Assembly: GCA_964016885.1 (NCBI GenBank)
Contig: OZ024743.1
Span: 206,956,001-207,020,000, forward strand
Length of the DNA: 64,000 nt
Reading direction: 5' to 3'
DNA from: Eledone cirrhosa
Lineage: Eukaryota
This document shows, in pieces, positions 42,101 to 58,600 of this stretch. Each line of letters begins with the position of its first letter. The first letter of the stretch is position 1. The notes under the pieces were generated by a model, which worked only from the letters and a program-made list of their open reading frames with translations, was not told where the DNA came from and ran no database searches. The position numbers were made by a program, and so were the translations under genes.

Positions 42101-45100
42101 TCCAGCATACTGATCCTTGGTACCATATATACACTGCTGGGAGCTCATCCCACTGGTCAGCTCTGATACTGAGCCTTGGTACCATATATACAGTGCTGGG
42201 AGCTCATCCCACTGGTCAGCTCTGATACTGATCCTTGGTACCATATATACACTGAAGGGAGCCCATCCCACTGGTCAGCTCTGATACTGATCCTTGGTAC
42301 CATATATACACTGAAGGGAGCTCATCCCACTGGTCATTTCTGATACTGATCCTTGGTACCATATATACACTGCTGGGAGCTCATCCTACTGGTCAGCTCT
42401 GATACTGATCCTTGGTACCATATATACACTGCTGGGAGCTCATCCCACTTGTCAGCTCTGATACTGATCCTTGGCACCATATGTACACTGCTGGGAGCTC
42501 ATCCCACTGGTCAGCTCTGATACTGATCCTTGGTACCATATATACACTGAAGGGAGCTCATCCCACTGGTCAGCTCTGATACTGATCCTTGGTACCATAT
42601 ATACACTGCTGGGAGCTCATCCCTCTTGTCAGCTCTGATACTGATCCTTGGCACCATATATACACTGCTGGGAGCTCATCCCACTGGTCAGCTCTGATAC
42701 TGATCCTTGGTACCATATATACACTGAAGTGAGCTCATCCCACTGGTCATTTCTGATAGTGATACTTGGTACCATATATACACTGAAGGGAGCTCATCCC
42801 ACTGGTCAGCTCTGACAGTGATCCTTGGTACCATATATACACTGCAGGGAGCTCATCCCATTGGTCAGCTCCAGCATACAAATCATTGGTACCATATATA
42901 CACTGCTGGGAGCTCATCCCACTGGTCAGCTCTGATACTGATCCTTGGTACCATATATACAATGCGGGGAGCTCATCCCACTGGTCAGCTCCAGCATACT
43001 GATCCTTGGTACCATATATACACTGCTGGGAGCTCATCCCACTGGTCCGCTCTGATACTGATCCTTGGTACCATATATACACTGCTGGGAGCTCCTCCCA
43101 CTTGTCAGCTCTGATACTGATCCTTGGCACCATATATACACTGCTGGGAGCTCATCCCACTGGTCAGCTCTGATACTGATCCTTGGTACCATATATACAC
43201 TGAAGGGAGCTCATCACACTGGTCAGCTCTGATACTGATCCTTAGTACCATATATACACTGCTGGAGCTCATCCCACTGGTCAGCTCTGATACTGATCCT
43301 TGGCACCATATATACACTGCTGGGACCTCATCCCAATGGTCAGCTCCAGCATACTGACCCTTGGTACCATATATACGCTACCGGGAGCTCATCCCACTGG
43401 TCAGCTCTGATACTGATACTGATACTTGGCACCATTATACACTGCTGGGAGCTCATCCCACTGGTCAGCTCTGATACTGATCCTTGGTACCATATATACA
43501 CTGCTGGGAGCTCATCCCACTGGTCAGCTCTGATAGTGATCCTTGGTACCATATATACACTGAAGGGAGCTCATCCCACTGGTCAGCTCTGATAGTGATC
43601 CTTGGTACCATATATACACTGCTGGGAGCTCATCCCACTGGTCAGCTCTGATACTGATCCTTGGCACCATATATGCACTGCTGGGAGCTCATCCCACTGG
43701 TCAGCTCCAGCATACTGATCCTTGGTACCATATATACACTGCTGGGAGCTCATCCCACTGGTCAGCTCTGATACTGAGCCTTGGTACCATATATACAGTG
43801 CTGGGAGCTCATCCTACTGGTCAGCTCTGATACTGATCCTTGGTACCATATATACACTGAAGGGAGCCCATCCCACTGGTCAGCTCTGATACTGATCCTT
43901 GGTACCATATATACACTGCTCGGAACTTATCCCACTGGTCAGCTCTGATACTGATCCTTGGCACCATATATACACTGCTGGGATCTCATCCCACTGGTCA
44001 GCTCTGATACTGATCCTTGGTACCATATATACACTGAAGAGAGCTCATCCCACTGGTCATTTCTGATACTGATCCTTGGTACCATATATACACTGCAGGG
44101 AGCTCATCCCACTGGTCAGCTCCAGCATACAGATCCTTGGTACCATATATACACTGCTGGGAGCTCATACCACTGGTCAGCTCTGATACTGATCCTTGGT
44201 AACATATATACACTGCAAGGAGCTCAACCCACTGGTCAGCTCCAGCATACTGATCCTTGGTACCATATATACACTGCTGGGAGCTCATCCCACTTGTCAG
44301 CTCTGATACTGATCCTTGGCACCATATGTACACTGCTGGGAGCTCATCCCACTGGTCAGCTCTGATACTGATCCTTGGTACCATATATACACTGAAGGGA
44401 GCTCATCCCACTGGTTAGCTCTGATACTGATCCTTGGTACCATATATACACTGCCGGGAGCTCATCCCACAGGTCAGCTCTGATACTGATCCTTGGTACC
44501 ATATATACACTGAAGTGAGCTCATCCCACTGGTCATTTCTGATAGTGATACTTGGTACCATATATACACTGAAGGGAGCTCATCCCACTGGTCAGCTCTG
44601 ACAGTGATCCTTGGTACCATATATACACTGCAGGGAGCTCATCCCATTGGTCAGCTCCAGCATACAAATCATTGGTACCATATATACACTGCTGGGAGCT
44701 CATCCCACTGGTCAGATCTGATACTGATCCTTGGTACCATATATACACTGCGGGGAGCTCATCCCACTGGTCAGCTCCAGCATACTGATCCTTGGTACCA
44801 TATATACACTGCTGGGAGCTCATCCCACTGGTCCGCTCTGATACTGATCCTTGGTACCATATATACACTGCTGGGAGCTCATCCCACTGGTCAGCTCTGA
44901 TACTGATCCTTGGTAACAAATATACACTGAAGGGAGCTCATCCCACTGGTCAGCTCTGATACTGATCCTTGGTACCATATATACACTGCTGGGAGCTCAT
45001 CCCACTGGTCAGCTCTGATACTGATCCTTGGCACCATATATACACTGCTGGGAGCTCATCCCACTGGTCAGCTCTGATACTGATCCTTGGTACCATATAT

Positions 45101-46486
45101 ACACTGCTGGGAGCTCATCCCACTGGTCAGCTCCAGCATACTGATCCTTGGTACCATATATACGCTACTGGGAGCTCATCCTACTGGTCAGCTCTGATAC
45201 TGATCCTTGGTACCATATATACACTGAAGGGAGCTCATCCCACTGGTCAGCTCTGATACTGATCCTTGGTACCATATATACACTGCTCAGAGCTCATCCC
45301 ACTGGTCAGCTCTGATACTGATCCTTGGCACCATATATGCACTGCTGGGAGCTCATCCCACTGGTCAGCTCTGATACTGATCCTTGGTGCCATATATACA
45401 CTGCTGGGAGCTCATCCCACTGGTCAGCTCCAGCATACTGATCCTTGGTACCATATATACTCTGCTGGGAGCTCATCCCACTGGTCAGCTCTGATACTGA
45501 TCCTTGGTACCATATATACACTGCTGCGAGCTCATCCTACTGGTCAGCTCTGATACTGATCCTTGGTACCATATATACACTGAAGGGAGCTCATCCCACT
45601 GGTCAGCTCTGATACTGATCCTTGGTACCATATATACACTGCTCGGAGCTCATCCCACTGGTCAGCTCTGATACTGATCCTTGGCACCATATATACACTG
45701 CTGGGATCTCATCCCACTGGTCAGCTCTGACAGTGATCCTTGGTACCATATATACACTGAAGGGAGCTCATCCCACTGGTCATTTCTGATACTGATCCTT
45801 GGTACCATATATACACTGAAGGGATCTCATCCCACTGGTCAGCTCTAACAGTGATCCTTGGTACCATATATACACTGCTGGGAGCTCATCCCACTGGTCA
45901 GCTCTGATACTGATCCTTGGTACCATATATACACTGCAAGGAGCTCAACCCACTGGTCAGCTCCAGCATACTGATCCTTGGCACCATATATTCACTGCTA
46001 GGAGCTCATCCCACTGGTCAGCTCCAGCATACTGATGCTTGGTACCATATATACACTGCTGGGAGCTCATCCCACTGCTCAGCTCTGATACTGATCCTTG
46101 GTACCATATATACACTGAAGGGAGCTGATCCCACTGGTCAGCTCTGATACTGATCCTTGGTACCATATATACACTGCAGGGAGCTCATCCCACTGGTCAG
46201 ATCTGATACTGATCCTTGACACCATATATACACTGAAAGGAGCCCATCCCACTGGTCAGCTCTGATACTGATCCTTGGTACCAGATAAACACTGAAATGA
46301 GCTCATCCCACTGGTCAGCTTCAGCATACTGATCCTTGGTACCATATATACACTGCTGGAAGCTCATCCCACTGGTCAGCTCTGATACTGATCCTTGGTA
46401 CCATATATACACTGAAGGGAGCTCATCCCACTGGTCAGCTCTGATACTGTTCCTTGGTACCATATATACACTTAAGGGAGCTCATC
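37593..46486. repeat. ~4.4-kb tandem duplication: 37593-42050 and 42051-46486, overlapping the 4,994-bp and 5,658-bp duplications
   Basis: ORF offsets run 4458, 4399, 4398, then 4457 (37813/42271, 38348/42747, 39560/43958, 41740/46197). This corresponds to one monomer lost, a 1-bp deletion (~43264) and one monomer gained. Rare variants GGAACTTAT, GGTTAGCT and GCTCAGAGC are shared. Confidence 0.9.
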
Positions 46487-49400
46487 TCACTGGTCAGCTC
46501 TGATACTGATCCTTGGTACCATATATACAATACTGGGAGCTCATTCCACTGGCAAGCTCCAGCATACTGATCCTTGTTACCATATATACACTGAAGGGAG
46601 CTCATCCCACTGGTCGGCTCTGATACTGATCCTTGGTACCATATATACACTGCAGGGAGCTCATCCCACTGGTCAGCTCTGATACTGATCCTTGGCACCA
46701 TATATACACTGAAGGGAGCTCATCCCACTGGTCAGCTCTAATACTGATCCTTGGTACCAGATAAACACTGAAAGAAGCTAATCCCACTGGTCAGCTCCAG
46801 CATACTGATCCTTGGTACCATATATACACTGCTGGGAGCTCATCCCACTGGTCAGCTCTGATACTGATCCTTGGTACCATATATACACTACTGGGAGCTC
46901 ATCCCACTGGTCAGCTCTGATACTGATCCTTGGTACCAGATAAACACTGAAAGGAGCTCATACCACTGGTCAGCTCCAGCATACTGGTCCTTGGTACCAT
47001 ATATACACTGCTGGGAGCTCATCCCACTGGTCAGCTCTGATACTGATCCTTGGTACCATATATACACTGCTGGGAGCTCATCCCACTGGTCAGCTCTGAT
47101 ACTGATCCTTGGTACCATATATACACTGCAGGGAGCTCATCCCACTGGTCAGCTCTGATACTGATCCTTGGCACCATATATACACTGCTGGGAGCTCATC
47201 CCACTGGTCAGCTCTGATACTGATCCTGGGCACCATATATACACTGCTGGGATCTCATCCCACTGGTCAGCTCTAGCATACTGATCCTTGGTACCATATA
47301 TACGCTACTGGGAGCACATCCCACTGGTCAGCTCTGATACTGATCCTTGGCACCATATATACACTGCTGGGAGCTCATCCCACTGGTCAGCTCTGATACT
47401 GATCCTTGGTACCATATATACACTGCTGGGAGCTCATCCCACTGGTCAGCTCTGATACTGAGCCTTGGTACCATATATACACTGCTGGGAGCTCATCCCA
47501 CTGGTCAGCATCAGCATACTGATCCTTGGTACCATATATACACTGCGGGGAGCTCATCCTACTGGTCAGCTCTGATACTGATCCTTGGTACCATATATAC
47601 ACTGAAGGGAGCTCATCCCACTGGTCAGCTATGATACTGATCCTTGGTACCATATATACACTGCTGGGAGCTCATCCCACTTGTCAGCTCTGATACTGAT
47701 CCTTGGCACCATATATACACTGCTGGGAGCTCATCCCACTGGTCAGCTCTGATACTGATCCTTGGTACCAGATAAACACTGAAAGGAGCTCATCCCACTG
47801 GTCAGCTCCAGCATGCTGATCCTTGGCACCATATATTCACTGCTAGGAGCTCATCCCACTGGTCAGCTCCAGCATACTGATCCTTGGTACCATATATACA
47901 CTGCTGGGAGCTCATCCCACTGGTCAGCTCCAGCATACTGATCCTTGGTACCATATATACGCTACTGGGAGCTCATCCTACTGGTCAGCTCTGATACTGA
48001 TCCTTGGTACCATATATACACTGAAGGGAGCTCATCCCACTGGTCAGCTCTGATACTGATCCTTGGTACCATATATACACTGCTCGGAGCTCATCCCACT
48101 GGTCAGCTCTGATACTGATCCTTGGCACCATATATACACTGCTGGGATCTCATCCCACTGGTCAGCTCTGATACTGATCCTTGGTACCATATATACACTG
48201 AAGGGAGCTCATCCCACTGGTCATTTCTGATACTGATCCTTGGTACCATATATACACTGAAGGGATCTCATCCCACTGGTCAGCTCTGACAGTGATCCTT
48301 GGTACCATATATACACTGCAGGGAGCTCATCCCACTGGTCAGCTCCAGCATACTGATCCTTGGTACCATATATACACTGCTGGGAGCTCATCCCACTGGT
48401 CAGCTCTGATACTGATCCTTGGTACCATATATACACTGCAAGGAGCTCAACCCACTGGTCAGCTCCAGCATACTGATCCTTGGCACCATATATTCACTGC
48501 TAGGAGCTCATCCCACTGGTCAGCTCCAGCATACTGATCCTTGGTACCATATATACACTGCTGGGAGCTCATCACACTGCTCAGCTCTGATACTGATCCT
48601 TGGTACCATATATACACTGAAGGGAGCTGATCCCACTGGTCAGCTCTGATACTGATCCTTGGTACCATATATACACTGCAGGGAGCTCATCCCACTGGTC
48701 AGATCTGATACTGATCCTTGGCACCATATATACACTGAAAGGAGCCCATCCCACTGGTCAGCTCTGATACTGATCCTTGGTACCAGATAAACACTGAAAT
48801 GAGCTCATCCCACTGGTCAGCTTCAGCATACTGATCCTTGGTACCATATATACACTGCTGGAAGCTCATCCCACTGGTCAGCTCTGATACTGATCCTTGG
48901 TACCATATATACACTGAAGGGAGCTCATCCCACTGGTCAGCTCTGATACTGTTCCTTGGTACCATATATACACTTAAGGGAGCTCATCTCACTGGTCAGC
49001 TCTGATACTGATCCTTGGTACCATATATACAATACTGGGAGCTCATCCCACTGGTAAGCTCCAGCATACTGATCCTTGTTACCATATATACACTGAAGGG
49101 AGCTCATCCCACTGGTCAGCTCTGATACTGATCCTTTGTACCATATATACACTGCAGGGAGCTCATCCCACTGGTCAGCTCTGATACTGATCCTTGGCAC
49201 CATATATACACTGAAGGGAGCTCATCCCACTGGTCAGCTCTGATACTGATCCTTGGTACCAGATAAACACTGAAAGGAGCTCATCCCACTGGTCAGCTCC
49301 AGCATACTGATCCTTGGTACCATATATACACTGCTGGGAGCTCATCCCACTGGTCAGCTCTGATACTGATCCTTGGTACCATATATACACTACTGGGAGC

Positions 49401-49660
49401 TCATCCCACTGGTCAGCTCTGATACTGATCCTTGGTACCAGATAAACACTGAAAGGAGCTCATACCACTGGTCAGCTCCAGCATACTGATCCTTGGTACC
49501 ATATATACACTGCTGGGAGCTCATCCCACTGGTCAGCTCTGATACTGATCCTTGGTACCATATATACACTGCTGGGAGCTCATCCCACTGGTCAGCTCTG
49601 ATACTGATCCTTGGTACCATATATACACTGCAGGGAGCTCATCCCACTGGTCAGCTCTGA
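45853..49660. repeat. Internal repeat within the 5,658-bp unit: ~45853-47160 recurs at ~48355-49660 (offset 2,502)
   Basis: ORF pairs 45917/48419, 46197/48699, 46435/48937 and 46888/49390 share offset 2502, with several substitutions. The same pattern is present in later copies of the unit. Confidence 0.85.
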
Positions 49661-52600
49661 TACTGATTATTGGTACCATATATACACTACTGGGAGCTCA
49701 TCCCACTGGTCAGCTCTGATACTGATCCTTGGTACCATATATACACTGCTGGGAGCTCATCCCACTGGTCAGCTCTGATACTGATCCTTGGTAACAAATA
49801 TACACTGAAGGGAGCTCATCCCACTGGTCAGCTCTGATACTGATCCTTGGTACCACATAAAGACTGAAAGGAGCTCATCCCACTGGTCAGCTCCAGCATA
49901 CTGATCCTTGGTACCATATATACACTGCTGGGAGCTCCTCCCACTGGTCAGCTCTGATACTGATCCTTGGTACCATATATACACTGCAGGGAGCTCATCC
50001 CACTGGTCAGCTCTGATACTGATCCTTGGTACCATATATACGCTACTGGGAGCTCATCCCACTGGTCAGCTCCAGCATACAGATCCTTGGTACCATATAT
50101 ACACTGCTGGGAGCTCATCCCACTGGTCAGCTCCAGCATACTGTTCCTTGGTACCATATATACACTGCAAGGAGCTCAACCCACTGGTCAGCTCCAGCAT
50201 ACTGATCCTTGGCACCATATATTCACTGCTAGGAGCTCATCCCACTGGTCAGCTCCAGCATACTGATCCTTGGTACCATATATACACTGCTGGGAGCTCA
50301 TCCCACTGGTCAACTCCAGCATACTGATCTTGGTACCATATATACACTGCAGGGAGCTCATCCCACTGGTCAGCTCTGATACTGATCCTTGGTACCATAT
50401 ATACACTGCTGGGAGCTTATCCCACTGGTCAGCTCTGATACTGATCCTTGGTACCATATATACACTGCAGGGAGCTCATCCCACTGGTCAGCTCTGATAC
50501 TGATCCTTGGTACCATATATACACTGAAGGGAGCTCATCCCACTGGTCAGCTCTGATACTGATCCTTGGTACCATCTATACACTGAAGGGAGCTCATCCC
50601 ACTGGTCAGCTCTGATACTGATCCTTGGTACCATATATACACTGCAGGGAGCTCATCCCACTGGTCAGCTCTGATACTGATGCTTGGCACCATATATACA
50701 CTACTGGGAGCTCATCCCACTGGTCAGCCCTGATACTGATCCTTGGTACCATATATACACTGAAAGGAGCCCATCCCACTGGTCAGCTCTGATACTGATC
50801 CTTGGTACCAGATAAACACTGAAAGGAGCTCATCCCACTGGTCAGCTCCAGCATACTGATCCTTGGTACCATATATACACTGCTGGGAGCTCATCCAACT
50901 GCTCAGCTCTGATACTGATCCTTGGTACCATATATACACTGAAGGGAGCTGATCCCACTGGTCAGCTCTGATACTGATCCTTGGTGCCATATATACACTG
51001 CAGGGAGCTCATCCCACTGGTCAGATCTGATACTGATCCTTGGCACCATATATACACTGAAAGGAGCCCATCCCACTGGTCAGCTCTGATACTGATCCTT
51101 GGTAGCAGATAAACACTGAAATGAGCTCATCCCACTGGTCAGCTTCAGCATACTGATCCTTGGTACCATATATACACTGCTGGAAGCTCATCCCACTGGT
51201 CAGCTCTGATACTGATCCTTGGTACCATATATACGCTGAAGGGAGCTCATCCCACTGGTTAGCTCTGATACTGATCCTTGGTACCATATATACACTTAAG
51301 GGAGCTCATCTCACTGGTCAGCTCTGATACTGATCCTTGGTACCATATATACACTACTGGGAGCTCATCCCACTAGTCAGCTCCAGCATACTGATCCTTG
51401 TTACCATATATACACTGAAGGGAGCTCATCCCACAGGTCAGCTCTGATACTGATCCTTGGCACCATATATACACTGAAGGGAGCTCATCCCACTGGTCAG
51501 CTCTGACAGTGATCCTTGGTACCATATATACACTGCTGGGAGCTCATCCCACTGGTCAGCTCTGATACTGATCCTTGGTACCATATATACACTGCAAGGA
51601 GCTCAACCCACTGGTCAGCTCCAGCATACTGATCCTTGGCACCATATATTCACTGCTAGGAGCTCATCCCACTGGTCAGCTCCAGCATACTGATCCTTGG
51701 TACCATATATACACTGCTGGGAGCTCATCCCACTGCTCAGCTCTGATACTGATCCTTGGTACCATATATACACTGAAGGGAGCTGATCCCACTGGTCAGC
51801 TCTGATACTGATCCTTGGTACCATATATACACTGCAGGGAGCTCATCCCACTGGTCAGATCTGATACTGATCCTTGGCACCATATATACACTGAAAGGAG
51901 CCCATCCCACTGGTCAGCTCTGATACTGATCCTTGGTACCAGATAAACACTGAAATGAGCTCATCCCACTGGTCAGCTTCAGCATACTGATCCTTGGTAC
52001 CATATATACACTGCTGGAAGCTCATCCCACTGGTCAGCTCTGATACTGATCCTTGGTACCATATATACACTGAAGGGAGCTCATCCCACTGGTCAGCTCT
52101 GATACTGTTCCTTGGTACCATATATACACTTAAGGGAGCTCATCTCACTGGTCAGCTCTGATACTGATCCTTGGTACCATATATACAATACTGGGAGCTC
52201 ATCCCACTGGCAAGCTCCAGCATACTGATCCTTGTTACCATATATACACTGAAGGGAGCTCATCCCACTGGTCGGCTCTGATACTGATCCTTGGTACCAT
52301 ATATACACTGCAGGGAGCTCATCCCACTGGTCAGCTCTGATACTGATCCTTGGCACCATATATACACTGAAGGGAGCTCATCCCACTGGTCAGCTCTGAT
52401 ACTGATCCTTGGTACCAGATAAACACTGAAAGGAGCTCATCCCACTGGTCAGCTCCAGCATACTGATCCTTGGTACCATATATACACTGCTGGGAGCTCA
52501 TCCCACTGGTCAGCTCTGATACTGATCCTTGGTACCATATATACACTACTGGGAGCTCATCCCACTGGTCAGCTCTGATACTGATCCTTGGTACCAGATA

Positions 52601-55600
52601 AACACTGAAAGGAGCTCATACCACTGGTCAGCTCCAGCATACTGGTCCTTGGTACCATATATACACTGCTGGGAGCTCATCCCACTGGTCAGCTCTGATA
52701 CTGATCCTTGGTACCATATATACACTGCTGGGAGCTCATCCTACTGGTCAGCTCTGATACTGATCCTTGGTACCATATATACACTGCAGGGAGCTCATCC
52801 CACTGGTCAGCTCTGATACTGATCCTTGGCACCATATATACACTGCTGGGAGCTCATCCCACTGGTCAGCTCTGATACTGATCCTGGGCACCATATATAC
52901 ACTGCTGGGATCTCATCCCACTGGTCAGCTCTAGCATACTGATCCTTGGTACCATATATACGCTACTGGGAGCACATCCCACTGGTCAGCTCTGATACTG
53001 ATCCTTGGCACCATATATACACTGCTGGGAGCTCATCCCACTGGTCAGCTCTGATACTGATCCTTGGTACCATATATACACTGCTGGGAGCTCATCCCAC
53101 TGGTCAGCTCTGATACTGAGCCTTGGTACCATATATACACTGCTGGGAGCTCATCCCACTGGTCAGCATCAGCATACTGATCCTTGGTACCATATATACA
53201 CTGCGGGGAGCTCATCCTACTGGTCAGCTCTGATACTGATCCTTGGTACCATATATACACTGAAGGGAGCTCATCCCACTGGTCAGCTATGATACTGATC
53301 CTTGGTACCATATATACACTGCTGGGAGCTCATCCCACTTGTCAGCTCTGATACTGATCCTTGGCACCATATATACACTGCTGGGAGCTCATCCCACTGG
53401 TCAGCTCTGATACTGATCCTTGGTACCAGATAAACACTGAAAGGAGCTCATCCCACTGGTCAGCTCCAGCATGCTGATCCTTGGCACCATATATTCACTG
53501 CTAGGAGCTCATCCCACTGGTCAGCTCCAGCATACTGATCCTTGGTACCATATATACACTGCTGGGAGCTCATCCCACTGGTCAGCTCCAGCATACTGAT
53601 CCTTGGTACCATATATACGCTACTGGGAGCTCATCCTACTGGTCAGCTCTGATACTGATCCTTGGTACCATATATACACTGAAGGGAGCTCATCCCACTG
53701 GTCAGCTCTGATACTGATCCTTGGTACCATATATACACTGCTCGGAGCTCATCCCACTGGTCAGCTCTGATACTGATCCTTGGCACCATATATACACTGC
53801 TGGGATCTCATCCCACTGGTCAGCTCTGATACTGATCCTTGGTACCATATATACACTGAAGGGAGCTCATCCCACTGGTCATTTCTGATACTGATCCTTG
53901 GTACCATATATACACTGAAGGGATCTCATCCCACTGGTCAGCTCTGACAGTGATCCTTGGTACCATATATACACTGCAGGGAGCTCATCCCACTGGTCAG
54001 CTCCAGCATACTGATCCTTGGTACCATATATACACTGCTGGGAGCTCATCCCACTGGTCAGCTCTGATACTGATCCTTGGTACCATATATACACTGCAAG
54101 GAGCTCAACCCACTGGTCAGCTCCAGCATACTGATCCTTGGCACCATATATTCACTGCTAGGAGCTCATCCCACTGGTCAGCTCCAGCATACTGATCCTT
54201 GGTACCATATATACACTGCTGGGAGCTCATCACACTGCTCAGCTCTGATACTGATCCTTGGTACCATATATACACTGAAGGGAGCTGATCCCACTGGTCA
54301 GCTCTGATACTGATCCTTGGTACCATATATACACTGCAGGGAGCTCATCCCACTGGTCAGATCTGATACTGATCCTTGGCACCATATATACACTGAAAGG
54401 AGCCCATCCCACTGGTCAGCTCTGATACTGATCCTTGGTACCAGATAAACACTGAAATGAGCTCATCCCACTGGTCAGCTTCAGCATACTGATCCTTGGT
54501 ACCATATATACACTGCTGGAAGCTCATCCCACTGGTCAGCTCTGATACTGATCCTTGGTACCATATATACACTGAAGGGAGCTCATCCCACTGGTCAGCT
54601 CTGATACTGTTCCTTGGTACCATATATACACTTAAGGGAGCTCATCTCACTGGTCAGCTCTGATACTGATCCTTGGTACCATATATACAATACTGGGAGC
54701 TCATCCCACTGGTAAGCTCCAGCATACTGATCCTTGTTACCATATATACACTGAAGGGAGCTCATCCCACTGGTCAGCTCTGATACTGATCCTTTGTACC
54801 ATATATACACTGCAGGGAGCTCATCCCACTGGTCAGCTCTGATACTGATCCTTGGCACCATATATACACTGAAGGGAGCTCATCCCACTGGTCAGCTCTG
54901 ATACTGATCCTTGGTACCAGATAAACACTGAAAGGAGCTCATCCCACTGGTCAGCTCCAGCATACTGATCCTTGGTACCATATATACACTGCTGGGAGCT
55001 CATCCCACTGGTCAGCTCTGATACTGATCCTTGGTACCATATATACACTACTGGGAGCTCATCCCACTGGTCAGCTCTGATACTGATCCTTGGTACCAGA
55101 TAAACACTGAAAGGAGCTCATACCACTGGTCAGCTCCAGCATACTGATCCTTGGTACCATATATACACTGCTGGGAGCTCATCCCACTGGTCAGCTCTGA
55201 TACTGATCCTTGGTACCATATATACACTGCTGGGAGCTCATCCCACTGGTCAGCTCTGATACTGATCCTTGGTACCATATATACACTGCAGGGAGCTCAT
55301 CCCACTGGTCAGCTCTGATACTGATTATTGGTACCATATATACACTACTGGGAGCTCATCCCACTGGTCAGCTCTGATACTGATCCTTGGTACCATATAT
55401 ACACTGCTGGGAGCTCATCCCACTGGTCAGCTCTGATACTGATCCTTGGTAACAAATATACACTGAAGGGAGCTCATCCCACTGGTCAGCTCTGATACTG
55501 ATCCTTGGTACCACATAAAGACTGAAAGGAGCTCATCCCACTGGTCAGCTCCAGCATACTGATCCTTGGTACCATATATACACTGCTGGGAGCTCCTCCC

Positions 55601-58600
55601 ACTGGTCAGCTCTGATACTGATCCTTGGTACCATATATACACTGCAGGGAGCTCATCCCACTGGTCAGCTCTGATACTGATCCTTGGTACCATATATACG
55701 CTACTGGGAGCTCATCCCACTGGTCAGCTCCAGCATACAGATCCTTGGTACCATATATACACTGCTGGGAGCTCATCCCACTGGTCAGCTCCAGCATACT
55801 GTTCCTTGGTACCATATATACACTGCAAGGAGCTCAACCCACTGGTCAGCTCCAGCATACTGATCCTTGGCACCATATATTCACTGCTAGGAGCTCATCC
55901 CACTGGTCAGCTCCAGCATACTGATCCTTGGTACCATATATACACTGCTGGGAGCTCATCCCACTGGTCAACTCCAGCATACTGATCTTGGTACCATATA
56001 TACACTGCAGGGAGCTCATCCCACTGGTCAGCTCTGATACTGATCCTTGGTACCATATATACACTGCTGGGAGCTTATCCCACTGGTCAGCTCTGATACT
56101 GATCCTTGGTACCATATATACACTGCAGGGAGCTCATCCCACTGGTCAGCTCTGATACTGATCCTTGGTACCATATATACACTGAAGGGAGCTCATCCCA
56201 CTGGTCAGCTCTGATACTGATCCTTGGTACCATCTATACACTGAAGGGAGCTCATCCCACTGGTCAGCTCTGATACTGATCCTTGGTACCATATATACAC
56301 TGCAGGGAGCTCATCCCACTGGTCAGCTCTGATACTGATGCTTGGCACCATATATACACTACTGGGAGCTCATCCCACTGGTCAGCTCTGATACTGATCC
56401 TTGGTACCATATATACACTGAAAGGAGCCCATCCCACTGGTCAGCTCTGATACTGATCCTTGGTACCAGATAAACACTGAAAGGAGCTCATCCCACTGGT
56501 CAGCTCCAGCATACTGATCCTTGGTACCATATATACACTGCTGGGAGCTCATCCAACTGCTCAGCTCTGATACTGATCCTTGGTACCATATATACACTGA
56601 AGGGAGCTGATCCCACTGGTCAGCTCTGATACTGATCCTTGGTGCCATATATACACTGCAGGGAGCTCATCCCACTGGTCAGATCTGATACTGATCCTTG
56701 GCACCATATATACACTGAAAGGAGCCCATCCCACTGGTCAGCTCTGATACTGATCCTTGGTACCAGATAAACACTGAAATGAGCTCATCCCACTGGTCAG
56801 CTTCAGCATACTGATCCTTGGTACCATATATACACTGCTGGAAGCTCATCCCACTGGTCAGCTCTGATACTGATCCTTGGTACCATATATACGCTGAAGG
56901 GAGCTCATCCCACTGGTTAGCTCTGATACTGATCCTTGGTACCATATATACACTTAAGGGAGCTCATCTCACTGGTCAGCTCTGATACTGATCCTTGGTA
57001 CCATATATACACTACTGGGAGCTCATCCCACTAGTCAGCTCCAGCATACTGATCCTTGTTACCATATATACACTGAAGGGAGCTCATCCCACAGGTCAGC
57101 TCTGATACTGATCCTTGGCACCATATATACACTGAAGGGAGCTCATCCCACTGGTCAGCTCTGACAGTGATCCTTGGTACCATATATACACTGCTGGGAG
57201 CTCATCCCACTGGTCAGCTCTGATACTGATCCTTGGTACCATATATACACTGCAAGGAGCTCAACCCACTGGTCAGCTCCAGCATACTGATCCTTGGCAC
57301 CATATATTCACTGCTAGGAGCTCATCCCACTGGTCAGCTCCAGCATACTGATCCTTGGTACCATATATACACTGCTGGGAGCTCATCCCACTGCTCAGCT
57401 CTGATACTGATCCTTGGTACCATATATACACTGAAGGGAGCTGATCCCACTGGTCAGCTCTGATACTGATCCTTGGTACCATATATACACTGCAGGGAGC
57501 TCATCCCACTGGTCAGATCTGATACTGATCCTTGGCACCATATATACACTGAAAGGAGCCCATCCCACTGGTCAGCTCTGATACTGATCCTTGGTACCAG
57601 ATAAACACTGAAATGAGCTCATCCCACTGGTCAGCTTCAGCATACTGATCCTTGGTACCATATATACACTGCTGGAAGCTCATCCCACTGGTCAGCTCTG
57701 ATACTGATCCTTGGTACCATATATACACTGAAGGGAGCTCATCCCACTGGTCAGCTCTGATACTGTTCCTTGGTACCATATATACACTTAAGGGAGCTCA
57801 TCTCACTGGTCAGCTCTGATACTGATCCTTGGTACCATATATACAATACTGGGAGCTCATCCCACTGGCAAGCTCCAGCATACTGATCCTTGTTACCATA
57901 TATACACTGAAGGGAGCTCATCCCACTGGTCGGCTCTGATACTGATCCTTGGTACCATATATACACTGCAGGGAGCTCATCCCACTGGTCAGCTCTGATA
58001 CTGATCCTTGGCACCATATATACACTGAAGGGAGCTCATCCCACTGGTCAGCTCTGATACTGATCCTTGGTACCAGATAAACACTGAAAGGAGCTCATCC
58101 CACTGGTCAGCTCCAGCATACTGATCCTTGGTACCATATATACACTGCTGGGAGCTCATCCCACTGGTCAGCTCTGATACTGATCCTTGGTACCATATAT
58201 ACACTACTGGGAGCTCATCCCACTGGTCAGCTCTGATACTGATCCTTGGTACCAGATAAACACTGAAAGGAGCTCATACCACTGGTCAGCTCCAGCATAC
58301 TGGTCCTTGGTACCATATATACACTGCTGGGAGCTCATCCCACTGGTCAGCTCTGATACTGATCCTTGGTACCATATATACACTGCTGGGAGCTCATCCT
58401 ACTGGTCAGCTCTGATACTGATCCTTGGTACCATATATACACTGCAGGGAGCTCATCCCACTGGTCAGCTCTGATACTGATCCTTGGCACCGTATATACA
58501 CTGCTGGGAGCTCATCCCACTGGTCAGCTCTGATACTGATCCTGGGCACCATATATACACTGCTGGGATCTCATCCCACTGGTCAGCTCTAGCATACTGA

